From positions 1-39,225 of the forward strand of contig CALXTY010000003.1 of the NCBI GenBank assembly GCA_944391535.1: a stretch of DNA of 39,225 nt, read 5' to 3'. Every line of letters starts with the position of its first letter. Position 1 is the stretch's first letter. Positions 9,839 through 17,997 of this stretch are shown here, one piece after another. The notes beneath the pieces were generated by a model. That model did no database searches, was not told the DNA's origin, and saw nothing but the letters and a program-made list of their open reading frames with translations. A program made the position numbers and the translations under genes. The DNA is from an uncultured Alphaproteobacteria bacterium. GTDB taxonomy: Bacteria > Pseudomonadota > Alphaproteobacteria > CAAGCB01 > CAG-977.

Positions 9839-11134
9839 TTACAAACGTTCTATCCTGATCATACACGGTTTATCCGGAACACACTCCAAACGTTCTATTT
9901 CAGTCAATGCCGCCGTTACGGAAGCTTCTTTCGACTTATGAAAGGTCATGATCAACGGAACGTTTCCTTTTTGATTTTGCCCCCGTTGGATCATCGAAGC
10001 GATCGAAACTTTCTTATTACCCAGAATCCGAGCGATTTCGGCTACGACTCCGGGTTGATCTTTCACTTCAAAACGGACGTAGTATTCTCCTTCACGTTCG
10101 GCTAAAGACACGACCGGCACTTGTTCTATTTCTTTGTTAGCCACGGTCAACAAAGGCAAACCGCGTTGCATTGCGGCATCGGCGATGTCGGCGACAACCG
10201 CGGACGCCGTGGGACGTTCTCCGGCACCGCGTCCGACAAACATGGAATGTCCCACGAAATCGCCTTCGGTAATCACGGCGTTAAAGACACCGTCCACATG
10301 AGCGATTTCAGCCGTTTGCGGAATCATACACGGATAGACGTTCAAAGAAACCCCGTCATCGTAACGCCGACCGACCCCCAGCAATTTGATTCGGAAACCA
10401 AGCTCTTCGGCAAAAGCGATATCCGCGTCCGTAATAAAACGAATACCTTCAACGCTTAAAGCCTGTAAATCAATCGGCATACCAAAAGCCAGCGATCCCA
10501 AAATACACGTTTTATGCGCCGTATCGATTCCGTCAATATCAAAGCTCGGATCGGCTTCGGCATAGCCTAATTTTTGCGCTTCGCTCAGAACATCATCAAA
10601 CGAACGTCCCGTTTCCCGCATCATCGTCAAAATGTAATTGCACGTTCCGTTTAAAATTCCATACACTTCTGAAATTCTGTTGCCGACCAACCCTTCTCGC
10701 AATGCTTTTATAATCGGAATGCCTCCGGCGACAGCGGCTTCGTAGCCGAAGAAAACACCATGTTCCTCAGCCAAACGAGCCAATTCGTTACCATGATGAG
10801 CGATCATCGCCTTGTTTGCCGTTACAAAATTTTTCCCTTTATTTAAAGACGACAGACACAATTCATAGGCGATGCCATTTGCTCCGCCGATCAATTCAAT
10901 AATAACGTCAGCCTGTGCTTTTTCGATCATTTCACGAGCGTCTTGATAAAAAGCGACACGATCCGACAAATTCAATTCTTTAGCCCGATCGGGATTTAAA
11001 TCCGCGACCGCCGTCAATTCGATCATTTTTCCGCAACGCTTTAACAAAACGTCTTTTTGTTCCTGCAACAGTTTGACAACCCCGCCGCCGACGGTTCCCA
11101 ATCCGGCCAATGCCACCTTAAACACTTCCGCCAT
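9839..11134 (-). CDS. hom: Homoserine dehydrogenase with C-terminal ACT domain
   Basis: GLGTVGGG, VTANKA, EAAVAGGIP, GILNGTCNYIL, GYAEADP, GAGERPTASAV, DQPGVVA. Confidence 0.96.
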   Translation of the reverse strand: MAEVFKVALAGLGTVGGGVVKLLQEQKDVLLKRCGKMIELTAVADLNPDRAKELNLSDRVAFYQDAREMIEKAQADVIIELIGGANGIAYELCLSSLNKGKNFVTANKAMIAHHGNELARLAEEHGVFFGYEAAVAGGIPIIKALREGLVGNRISEVYGILNGTCNYILTMMRETGRSFDDVLSEAQKLGYAEADPSFDIDGIDTAHKTCILGSLAFGMPIDLQALSVEGIRFITDADIAFAEELGFRIKLLGVGRRYDDGVSLNVYPCMIPQTAEIAHVDGVFNAVITEGDFVGHSMFVGRGAGERPTASAVVADIADAAMQRGLPLLTVANKEIEQVPVVSLAEREGEYYVRFEVKDQPGVVAEIARILGNKKVSIASMIQRGQNQKGNVPLIMTFHKSKEASVTAALTEIERLECVPDKPCMIRIERL

Positions 11135-11141
11135 AAATCAC

Positions 11142-11984
11142 CTATTCTAAAAAAAGTTCCACCGAAGAGTCCGTTTCCTGCATATCCGTCATATCCGGTG
11201 GCGTTAAAATAATTGTTCCCGACACTGAAGAAGGTTTTAATCGAACAGGTGGCATCAAATCAATCGTCTGAACGGATTCGGACAATGGTTCGACATTAAA
11301 TCGATCCGTTTGGTCTTGTCCGGGAGGAATCAAAATAATTCTATCGGTCTTTTCTTGCGCGTCATTTCGGTTGTCTTTTTCCGGTTCGACACTTCCCTCA
11401 ACATTTATAGATTGAAGCGGAACAGAAAAAACTGCGACAGAGCGTTTGACCGATGGCTGACGCAACCGATCCGTTTTTCGAGCGTCTTTTTCTTCATTTA
11501 TGCCGACGACTTCGATTTCTTGTGTTTTTTCCGTTTTCGGCGCAATAATTTCTGCCAGCATTTCTTCTTCAGACACCGTCAACAGCTGATCTTTTTCTTT
11601 CAAATCTAACGGACGAACGGTTTGAGCCGGCTTTCTGGTTTCAGAGCTGTAACGCAACCCCGTATCCGGCGCATTCAAACCCTTTCTTAAAGAAATTTTC
11701 TCTTTTGATCCGAAACGTCCGGCTCGTTCATAAAACGTTTGAGGCTTTTCCTTCATGTCCGTTTTCGCTTTTTTTACCGTCACTCCCTCAGAGGGCAATG
11801 ATAACATTTCATCAACCGTCCTTCCCGGTTTGTCATCAGGCGTGACCGGAACCATATCGGGTTCGGGAATATTAAAATCATCTTCATAACCGAAGAGTTC
11901 TTCTTCACTTATAGAAGAACAAGCGCTCAACACCAAAAGCGTTCCAACGAAAAAAACACGCAAAACAGCTGAAGCAACAGTCAT
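11142..11984 (-). CDS. Hypothetical lipoprotein, low complexity
   Basis: Hydrophobic N-terminus ending in lipobox LSAC; charged Pro/Glu/Lys-rich body. Start 11984 or 12008 uncertain. Confidence 0.65.
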   Translation of the reverse strand: MTVASAVLRVFFVGTLLVLSACSSISEEELFGYEDDFNIPEPDMVPVTPDDKPGRTVDEMLSLPSEGVTVKKAKTDMKEKPQTFYERAGRFGSKEKISLRKGLNAPDTGLRYSSETRKPAQTVRPLDLKEKDQLLTVSEEEMLAEIIAPKTEKTQEIEVVGINEEKDARKTDRLRQPSVKRSVAVFSVPLQSINVEGSVEPEKDNRNDAQEKTDRIILIPPGQDQTDRFNVEPLSESVQTIDLMPPVRLKPSSVSGTIILTPPDMTDMQETDSSVELFLE

Positions 11985-12158
11985 AACCACTCCTCGGGAA
12001 ACAAACATTTTTTTCTGCTAGGATATTACAGGCACAAAAAAAAAATCGCAAGAAAGACTTTGAACGCTTTTTTTCAGAAAAGAAAAAAAATAAAAATTAA
12101 TAAAAAAAATTACAAAGAATGAGTTGATAAAAGATGCATGGACAAATTAGACAAATTA

Positions 12159-12187
12159 TTGACATCCGATCAAAACTCGGTTATTCT
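12159..12187 (+). promoter_or_regulatory. Sigma70-type promoter for the adenosine deaminase gene
   Basis: TTGACA (12159-12164), 17 bp spacer, TATTCT (12182-12187), ~70 bp before the ATG; A-rich sequence upstream. Confidence 0.6.
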
Positions 12188-12256
12188 GAATTGTTAAAAT
12201 GGAATAAGTGTAAGAAACAAACAAAAGAGGGTCGGAATACCCCGAGAAGGTGAACT

Positions 12257-13528
12257 ATGACAAAAGACTTTAATACGACGGCTTTACCCAAAGCAACACT
12301 ACATGAACATATCGAAGGAACCGTCACGCCGGAAATGGCGGCCAAACTGGCTCAACGTCACCACATAACGTTGCCGGACAACTTTGTCATGGCCGAAGGA
12401 CAATATGATAAAAAAGATTTCCCGAACGGACGTTACGCCTACGACGAAAGTGATTTCTGGGCTTTCATTAATACGTATGACAACGTCGCCGATATGATGC
12501 GCACACCGCAGGATTATTATGATGTGACGAAAGACTATCTCAGTAAAAACGCAGCCGAAGGCGGGGTCTACGCGGAATTGATTTTATCTCCGGCGCATAT
12601 GGCTGTCGAAATTAACCCCGAAACGGGAAAAAGCGAACTGTCCGCACCGCGTTACCAGGCCATGATGGAAGCCATTACAAAAGCCGCCGACGAAGTCAAA
12701 GAAGAAACAGGATTGGAAACCCGTTTTATCGCAACAGGAGTCCGGAATCTCGGAGCTGAAAATGTCAAACAAGTCGCCGAATTCATTCGAGACAATCCTC
12801 ATCCATTGGTAACGGGATTTGGTATCGCGGGCAACGAACGCGCCGGAAAATTTGATGATTTTGCCGAAGCGTTAAACATTGCAAAATCGTCCGGATTGAA
12901 ACTGGCTCTGCACGCCGGAGAAATTTGCGGACCCGACAGTATTAAAGATGCCGTACGCTTGGGAGCTTCAAGAATCGGACACGGGGTTTCGGCTCCGCAG
13001 GATCCTGCCGTCATGCAAGAACTGGCAGAAAAAAACATCATGGTTGAAGTCTGCCCGACATCAAACCGCATCTTGGTCACAGATCTAAAAGGCGATCTGG
13101 CAAATCATCCCGCCAGAAAACTGTATGACGCCGGCATCCGTATTTCTTTAAACCCTGACGACGGAGGCATTTTCGGAACCCATACGGGAAAAGAACATCA
13201 AATCAGCGCAGAAAAATTCGGCTTCACTAAAGCCGAAATGCTTGATATCACCTTATGTGCGGTCGAAAATTCCTTTGCCGACGTAAAAACGCGAAAGCAG
13301 GTTAAAGAAAATGTTTATAAAAAAATGACGCCGGACGATCGAAAAGAAATGAAAGATTTGGCGGATAACGCAAAAAATCCTTATCTGAAAAAACGTCTGG
13401 AAAACCGCGTCGCAGAAAGTGAAAAAGTCGCAAAAAAAATGGAAATTCAAAAACGTCGCGCAAAAACCATGAAAGCCATGAAAGTTTCTCGCTTCGCGTT
13501 AATGGCTCAAAAAACCGGCGGACGTTAA
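12257..13528 (+). CDS. add: Adenosine/adenine deaminase with C-terminal basic extension
   Basis: LPKATLHEHIEG (HxH), LHAGE, RIGHG, EVCPTSN, NPDD metal/catalytic motifs; RBS GAAGGTG. Confidence 0.88.
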   Translation: MTKDFNTTALPKATLHEHIEGTVTPEMAAKLAQRHHITLPDNFVMAEGQYDKKDFPNGRYAYDESDFWAFINTYDNVADMMRTPQDYYDVTKDYLSKNAAEGGVYAELILSPAHMAVEINPETGKSELSAPRYQAMMEAITKAADEVKEETGLETRFIATGVRNLGAENVKQVAEFIRDNPHPLVTGFGIAGNERAGKFDDFAEALNIAKSSGLKLALHAGEICGPDSIKDAVRLGASRIGHGVSAPQDPAVMQELAEKNIMVEVCPTSNRILVTDLKGDLANHPARKLYDAGIRISLNPDDGGIFGTHTGKEHQISAEKFGFTKAEMLDITLCAVENSFADVKTRKQVKENVYKKMTPDDRKEMKDLADNAKNPYLKKRLENRVAESEKVAKKMEIQKRRAKTMKAMKVSRFALMAQKTGGR

Positions 13529-13549
13529 AATAAACGTATGAGGCAAACG

Positions 13550-13584
13550 TAAAAAAACAGCCCGAAAAACGGGCTGTTTTTTTA
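13550..13584. terminator. Bidirectional intrinsic terminator
   Basis: Perfect inverted repeat TAAAAAAACAGCCCG-AAAAA-CGGGCTGTTTTTTTA between convergent genes; U-tract on either strand. Confidence 0.9.
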
Positions 13585-14547
13585 TTGAGCCGCTGACGTA
13601 CTCATCTGTCCGGTCTGAACAAAGGGAGCCGACGCAACAAGATCTTGCGCGGGAACATATTCCAAAGGCGGCTCGTCAGTATGTTTATCAACCCATATCT
13701 TAATATATTTATGAATCAATTTTTCCACTTCCGCCTTGTTTTTAAAACGTTCATTAAATTTTTCAGCGAAAACGTCCTTATATTGACGACAGTCCGACAT
13801 CTTTGAAAAAGCCATAAAATATTTTATATGACGAATAACTTTATTCCCAAAATGCAGTTTGTCTTTGATCTTAAAGCGCTTAGCTTCAGCGTCGGCCGCA
13901 TAGGGACTGGTAATCATAAAATCTGCCTCTCCGGACAACAACATTCGAAAAGCCGTTTCGGGACCATCCACAACATCTAATTTCGTATCCGTCGGCAAAA
14001 TACCTCTGATCAAGGATTCCACTTCTTCCTCTCGGCGAACAACCCCTTTGAGACCTTTAAGTTCAGAAGGATCCTGCACATCTATTTTCTTCGTGTTGCG
14101 TGAAACAACAATAAACGGATTCCCAAAATACGCCGGATAAATATAATCCTGTCCTGACTTGCTTTCATCAATGTAATAACTGGTAAATAACAAATCCGCT
14201 TTTCCATGTAACATCGATTTCTGAGCGTCTTTAAAATCATCGAAAAATAAATCTTTCGTCCATATGATATTGATATCTTTCAAAGACTGTTTCAACGGAT
14301 CCAAAATAAATCCCTGATATTTGAAAACTTCGATATTTCTTTCCGCGAACAGTTCCTCATCACGTTCCACCCATGAAAAAGGCGGATAGTTTTTAAAACC
14401 GACAATAATAAAAGAATCCGACATACCATTCGCCCCGCAATTTTCGGTCGGATACGGATTGTTCTTTTTCATACTTGCCGCTGAAACCGATCCCGCAAAA
14501 ATAAAAAAAGCAAACATTGCCATCATAATCGCGTATGTTTTTTTCAT
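13582..14547 (-). CDS. Periplasmic substrate-binding protein (amino-acid/SBP family 3-like)
   Basis: Signal peptide; NYPPFSW, LHGKADL, ELKGLKG, FRMLLSGEADF, YFMAFSK; RBS AAGGAG. Confidence 0.72.
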   Translation of the reverse strand: MKKTYAIMMAMFAFFIFAGSVSAASMKKNNPYPTENCGANGMSDSFIIVGFKNYPPFSWVERDEELFAERNIEVFKYQGFILDPLKQSLKDINIIWTKDLFFDDFKDAQKSMLHGKADLLFTSYYIDESKSGQDYIYPAYFGNPFIVVSRNTKKIDVQDPSELKGLKGVVRREEEVESLIRGILPTDTKLDVVDGPETAFRMLLSGEADFMITSPYAADAEAKRFKIKDKLHFGNKVIRHIKYFMAFSKMSDCRQYKDVFAEKFNERFKNKAEVEKLIHKYIKIWVDKHTDEPPLEYVPAQDLVASAPFVQTGQMSTSAAQ

Positions 14548-15059
14548 GCATCGTCTCCTTTTGCACGCATCAGTGCCAATAACTCAACGCTTCCACTCAT
14601 GAAACAGCATTTAACGTTTTGCCGATAAACTTAACCACTCTGGTCGCACAAATGTCCACTGACTCTTCATCATAAACAATTGGTATTGATGTTTCAAACG
14701 ATGATATCTGAAAGCGAAACAAAAAATAATTCTCCTGCGGCATGGCAAATTTACACACGATCCTCTTTTCCCGAATCAAACGTATATAAAATTATCGGCT
14801 ATTCATTTTCTTCTGTGCAAGACAACCATAAACGATATTTGTCTGTAAATCGATCTCTTTTTCAAAAACCGTGTCTAAAAGATGCCTGGTAATGTAAAAC
14901 GAACTCCATCCCGACAAGTAAGCGCATTCCCATGAAAAAACTTTCCGTATCCGTCATATTCAACTCATCTTTAATCTTTTGTGTTTTATAATTTAGCAAA
15001 GAGTTTTGATTTTTAACACTTTTTCGGTTATCCTATATTTGATTTTCGGGAGTAATGCC

Positions 15060-15485
15060 ATGATAACAAATCCTTACGCCACAACTGAATCATCGGCTAT
15101 GCCACAAAATGAACTGGAAGCTCGGGCTTTAATCAGAACCGCGTCTCGTTTAAACGGAATCAAAGAACGTTGGCCCGTTGCGACCTCTGAATTGCATGAG
15201 GCTTTAGATTTAAACAGAAAATTATGGACTATTCTGGTAACAGGAGCTACTGAAGAATCAAATCCCTTACCTTTGGAAATCAAGCAAAATATTTTCAATC
15301 TGGCTCACTTTATTTTCAAACACACTTTTGCCGTTATGGCGAAACCTTCGGCGCAATCTTTGGAAATTTTGATCAGCATCAATATGAATATTGCTCGCGG
15401 TCTAAATGAACAAAGTACAAGACGAGCCCAACAACAAAACGACAATAACAATACGACGCAAAGTACGTCAACGGGACACGAATAG
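15060..15485 (+). CDS. flaF: Flagellar biosynthesis regulator FlaF
   Basis: ELEARAL, EALDLNRKLW, NPLPLEIKQNIFNL, LISINMNIARGL. Start ATG 15060 after GGGAG. Confidence 0.85.
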   Translation: MITNPYATTESSAMPQNELEARALIRTASRLNGIKERWPVATSELHEALDLNRKLWTILVTGATEESNPLPLEIKQNIFNLAHFIFKHTFAVMAKPSAQSLEILISINMNIARGLNEQSTRRAQQQNDNNNTTQSTSTGHE

Positions 15486-15486
15486 T

Positions 15487-16974
15487 TTAAAAAGAATCTT
15501 CTGTTTTATTGCGTCCCAAAATATCGCGTTTCCATGCCATTGGTAAAATTAAAATAAAAATACTCATAAACTCTAACCGGCCTAACAGCATATCAACGGA
15601 AAGAACCCATTTTGCAAAAGACGGCAAAGCAGAAAAGCCGGGACCGGAACTGCCGATCACCGGTCCCAAACCTATTCCTGTATTCCCCAATGCCGAAAAA
15701 ACGGCCGAAACAGATGTCAAAAAATCCAACCCGCAAACCGATAACAATAAAATGGAGATAATCGCCGTTACGCAAAACATAATAATAAAAATCAAAACGC
15801 TCAACACAATATCCAATGTGACCGGACGATGATTGAATTTTGGCACCAAAACCGCATGAGGCATTAATTTTTGTTGCAAAGACTGCACAACGGCCATTGT
15901 CAATATATTAAAACGAAACAACTTAATTCCTCCGGTCGTTGAACCGGTACACGCTCCGAGCACCGTTAGAAATGTGAAAACGGCAATAACAAAAGCTCCC
16001 CCTGTTTCAAGATCCGAAGCATTAAAACCTGTCGAAGAAATAACGGATATCACATTAAACAATGTTGTTCTGAAAACTTTTAAATAATCCGCCGCCGGAT
16101 AATGAAGTATAATCCATATTGTTAATATTCCCGTGATAACGGCAACAACCCCAAAATATGTTCTGATCTGAATATCATCAATGACTTTTTTAAATTCTCT
16201 TTTATAAATAAAGTATAAAGAAAACAACGGCATTCCTGAAATAAACATAAAAAACGCAATGATCCATTGCGCCATGGCGGATAAATTAACGGCCGAAGTA
16301 TTGACCGGCGCAAACCCCCCTGTCGGGATTGTAGCCAAACTGAAATTCAGCGCGTCAAAAAAATCAAGTTCCGTCATCCACAGACACAGTATGCATAAGA
16401 TCGTCACGACGACGTAAACGGCAGCGATCGTGCAAATGACCTGAACGGTTCTGGGTTTCATTTTATCGTTCTTATCCGAACTTTCCATTTGGAACAATTG
16501 CATGCCGCCGATACGCAGAAAAGGCAGCAACAACATTGCCAATGCGACGATTCCTAATCCGCCGAACCAATGCAACAGACTGCGCCATAAAATAATGCCG
16601 TCGGAACATTTACTGAGGTCGGAATAAATGGAAGCGCCCATTGTCGACAGTCCGGACATGGATTCAAAAAAAGCGTCCGTATATGAAACGGAATACGGAG
16701 CTACAGCGAAAGGAATGGCTGCGAAAGAACACACTAAAATCCATGTCAGTGTCGTGGCCAGATACATTTGAGCCGTCGTCGGTTTTTTATACATTCCCTT
16801 AAAAACAACAACAAACAATGTTCCCCAAAATATCGTTATGCTTGCCGCACTGACAAATGAAAAAGCAAAATCTGTTCTTCCTTGAAAATAATCCAATCCG
16901 GCGGGAATGAACATGGTCAATCCCAAAAACAGCAACAAATAACCTGAAATATAAAGTGTAAAACCGATTTGCAA
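15487..16974 (-). CDS. trkH: Trk system potassium uptake membrane protein
   Basis: FFESMSGLSTMGAS, WRSLLHWFGGLG, PTGGF, SSTGF, GSTTGGIK, GNTGIG, MLLGRLE. Confidence 0.92.
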   Translation of the reverse strand: MQIGFTLYISGYLLLFLGLTMFIPAGLDYFQGRTDFAFSFVSAASITIFWGTLFVVVFKGMYKKPTTAQMYLATTLTWILVCSFAAIPFAVAPYSVSYTDAFFESMSGLSTMGASIYSDLSKCSDGIILWRSLLHWFGGLGIVALAMLLLPFLRIGGMQLFQMESSDKNDKMKPRTVQVICTIAAVYVVVTILCILCLWMTELDFFDALNFSLATIPTGGFAPVNTSAVNLSAMAQWIIAFFMFISGMPLFSLYFIYKREFKKVIDDIQIRTYFGVVAVITGILTIWIILHYPAADYLKVFRTTLFNVISVISSTGFNASDLETGGAFVIAVFTFLTVLGACTGSTTGGIKLFRFNILTMAVVQSLQQKLMPHAVLVPKFNHRPVTLDIVLSVLIFIIMFCVTAIISILLLSVCGLDFLTSVSAVFSALGNTGIGLGPVIGSSGPGFSALPSFAKWVLSVDMLLGRLEFMSIFILILPMAWKRDILGRNKTEDSF

Positions 16975-17001
16975 AACACTTGACCTAAAAACTGCATTTC
17001 A

Positions 17002-17979
17002 TTAAGTTACTTCTGTAACGGCACGAATGTTTCCTTGACGGTTAATCTGCACGACACGTAACTTATCGTGCATTTCAGCGATTGTTTTTTCCCGATCAAT
17101 CGTCGGATAACAATGCAAAATACGATCTGTAAAAGCCTTATAAGCCGCTTCGGAATTTTCGGCATGAATTGTCGCAAAACAGTTATCGTGTCCGGATCCC
17201 ATCAGTTCCCATAACGCTCCGGCATTCGCCGTCGAAATTTCACCGCCGATAATGGCATCCGGCGTAAAACGGACAACCAAGTCGATCAATTTGGGATATG
17301 TCATTGTATTGGTTTGTTCCGTTCGCGATAAAACCAAATGGACATGATTGGGATGAGGCACAATCAATTCGCGCGTATCTTCGATCGTAATCACACGTTT
17401 ATGAGAATCCAAAATAGTTAACAAATTGTTTAAAAAAGTCGTCTTACCGGTTGCCGTTGCCCCTGAAACCAAAATATGATCCCCCCGTTTAATTGATAAA
17501 ATCAACCGTTCATAGGGATCTTCCGGATTTTCGATTTCTTTTAATTTATTGAGCTTTTGCAAACGTTCTCCGGATTTTAAGCCATAATCGCCCAAACCGA
17601 ATTTTACATCGTCAGAATGAACACGGACACACATTGCTATACCGCCAGTCAGATCTTCATTGTCGTACATCACGTTTTTACCCGCAATCCCGGTAAAACG
17701 GTGATCTCCCGGCAAAGTCGCATAAACAGCTGGAGACCCTTGTTCCGGATCAAACGGCAATTCAAACGTGTTCGCAATGATATGCATTATATCCGTCAAA
17801 TACGTTCTTGACAGATTGGTGTCCTGTTGACACGCCCAGGGATGGGCTCTACGTCCGCGTAAACGCAGCCAAATTTCATTTGGACGATTGATTGCGACTT
17901 CTTCCACATTATCCTGTTCATACCAATACGACAAATAACGCAATGTCGATTTTAAAACCTGAAAAGAATCCGTACTCAT
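17002..17979 (-). CDS. virB11: Type IV secretion ATPase VirB11
   Basis: EEVAINRP, Walker A GATATGKTT, Asp box TIEDTREL, Walker B PDAIIGGE, His box SGH...TIHA; directly downstream of virB10; RBS AAGGAG. Confidence 0.85.
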   Translation of the reverse strand: MSTDSFQVLKSTLRYLSYWYEQDNVEEVAINRPNEIWLRLRGRRAHPWACQQDTNLSRTYLTDIMHIIANTFELPFDPEQGSPAVYATLPGDHRFTGIAGKNVMYDNEDLTGGIAMCVRVHSDDVKFGLGDYGLKSGERLQKLNKLKEIENPEDPYERLILSIKRGDHILVSGATATGKTTFLNNLLTILDSHKRVITIEDTRELIVPHPNHVHLVLSRTEQTNTMTYPKLIDLVVRFTPDAIIGGEISTANAGALWELMGSGHDNCFATIHAENSEAAYKAFTDRILHCYPTIDREKTIAEMHDKLRVVQINRQGNIRAVTEVT

Positions 17980-17997
17980 GTTTACTCCTTTGACCGT

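Noticed and set aside
14561-14580. Sigma54-like TGGCAC...TGCA upstream of the SBP gene (minus strand)
   Set aside because: GG-to-GC spacing is 11 nt instead of 10, and the site abuts the RBS.
15006-15059. Upstream extensions given by the ORF track (flaF from 15006; likewise yejE 1409, hyi-like 5925, virB10 25035, pfk 34763)
   Set aside because: Downstream starts have an RBS and/or stop-start overlap and match the family N-termini better.
17002-17979. Tad/CpaF pilus ATPase call
   Set aside because: Short length and position directly after virB8-B10 favour VirB11; no tad genes nearby.
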